NCBI GenBank assembly: GCA_043754515.1
Contig: JAYUUO010000044.1
Coordinates: 1-16,853 of the forward strand
Direction of reading: 5' to 3'
Source of the DNA: Armatimonadota bacterium
GTDB lineage: Bacteria > Armatimonadota > Armatimonadia > Armatimonadales > Armatimonadaceae
DNA: 16,853 bases
The notes under the pieces are model-generated. The model saw only the letters and a list, made by a program, of their open reading frames with translations, was not told the DNA's origin and did no database searches. The translations under genes and the position numbers were made by a program. Below are positions 16,238 to 16,853 of the stretch, piece after piece. Numbering within the stretch: the stretch's first letter is position 1; every line of letters starts with the position of its first letter.

Positions 16238-16367
16238 GTGGTTATGTGATTACACTTATCATAGCGGCGGGCGGCGGGCGATTTTTGAACGGGAGTTGAA
16301 CGGGGCGACGCACAACGTGATGCCGGGGCGCGTTGTCGCCGTGCCGCGACGTCTGGACCGGGTGACC

Positions 16368-16742
16368 TCACGTTGCCGTGTCGGAAGTATCGCAGGGCGA
16401 TTCCTCTAACACGACTGCGTTCAGATAACCGCTTGCGAGCCGCCGGGAGATGAGTGCTTCAAGATCGTAGATGGCGTAGCATGTTGCGCGGTCATTCGAG
16501 GCGACGTAGATATGTACGATGGGATCGCCGGCGTCTATCAACTCGCAACGGATCACCTCTGGCATGACCGCGAGCGCGGCAATGAACTCGTTCCTTGCTT
16601 CCTCCCTCGAAAGCGGACGCGAAGCTACCTCCTGGTCAGAGAGGGGTTGAAAGTCCGTCTTGCTCAAGTGCGCCGTGGGCTGTAAGGATTCGTAATGCTC
16701 TTGAAGAACCGTGAAATTACGGGCAGTCATTGTGTGTGCCAA
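16368..16742 (-). CDS. Hypothetical protein (start TTG 16742 or ATG 16730)
   Basis: 120-124 codon ORF with alpha/beta patterning. A -10-like TAGAAT lies upstream on - near 16791-16796. Confidence 0.65.
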   Translation of the reverse strand: MAHTMTARNFTVLQEHYESLQPTAHLSKTDFQPLSDQEVASRPLSREEARNEFIAALAVMPEVIRCELIDAGDPIVHIYVASNDRATCYAIYDLEALISRRLASGYLNAVVLEESPCDTSDTAT

Positions 16743-16853
16743 TCGTTTCCGTTGCGAGGTGCGTCGTTCACCGCTGTGGTACTACCCGTTATTCTACACC
16801 GCGAATGGCGAGCAGACTACCCGTGGTATCGCCAAGGGGAGGATGCCGTTTCT

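Noticed and set aside
16843..16853. Possible gene start (AAGGGGAGG then ATG) at the right edge
   Set aside because: Only three codons are visible, so it cannot be supported.

Overview
GC-rich bacterial chromosomal segment. The lineage cannot be fixed from sequence alone; an Armatimonadota-like organism is my unverified guess. The core is housekeeping and metabolic: GH16 glucanase, nadB, a Tat-type dienelactone hydrolase, a TIM-barrel sugar isomerase/epimerase, a UbiD/MqnL decarboxylase, a VanW-domain protein, a secreted NTF2-like protein, transaldolase/FSA and the rpsO-pnp operon. Accessory or decayed DNA sits at both ends and after nadB: a probable IS5 transposase stub with orphan ORFs (1-1200), a multiply broken Uma2 nuclease pseudogene (3912-4756), and a probable MmeI-like restriction-methylase C-terminal relic beside an intact class II Fic gene with a palindromic operator (14516-16240). 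I see no complete new multi-gene system. The best leads are cis-regulatory: a candidate three-way-junction S15 leader upstream of rpsO, a probable Fic autorepression operator, an exact 15-bp repeat holding opposed -10 boxes, and recurrent leaderless-type promoters. All family assignments come from motifs recognised by eye, not from database searches.
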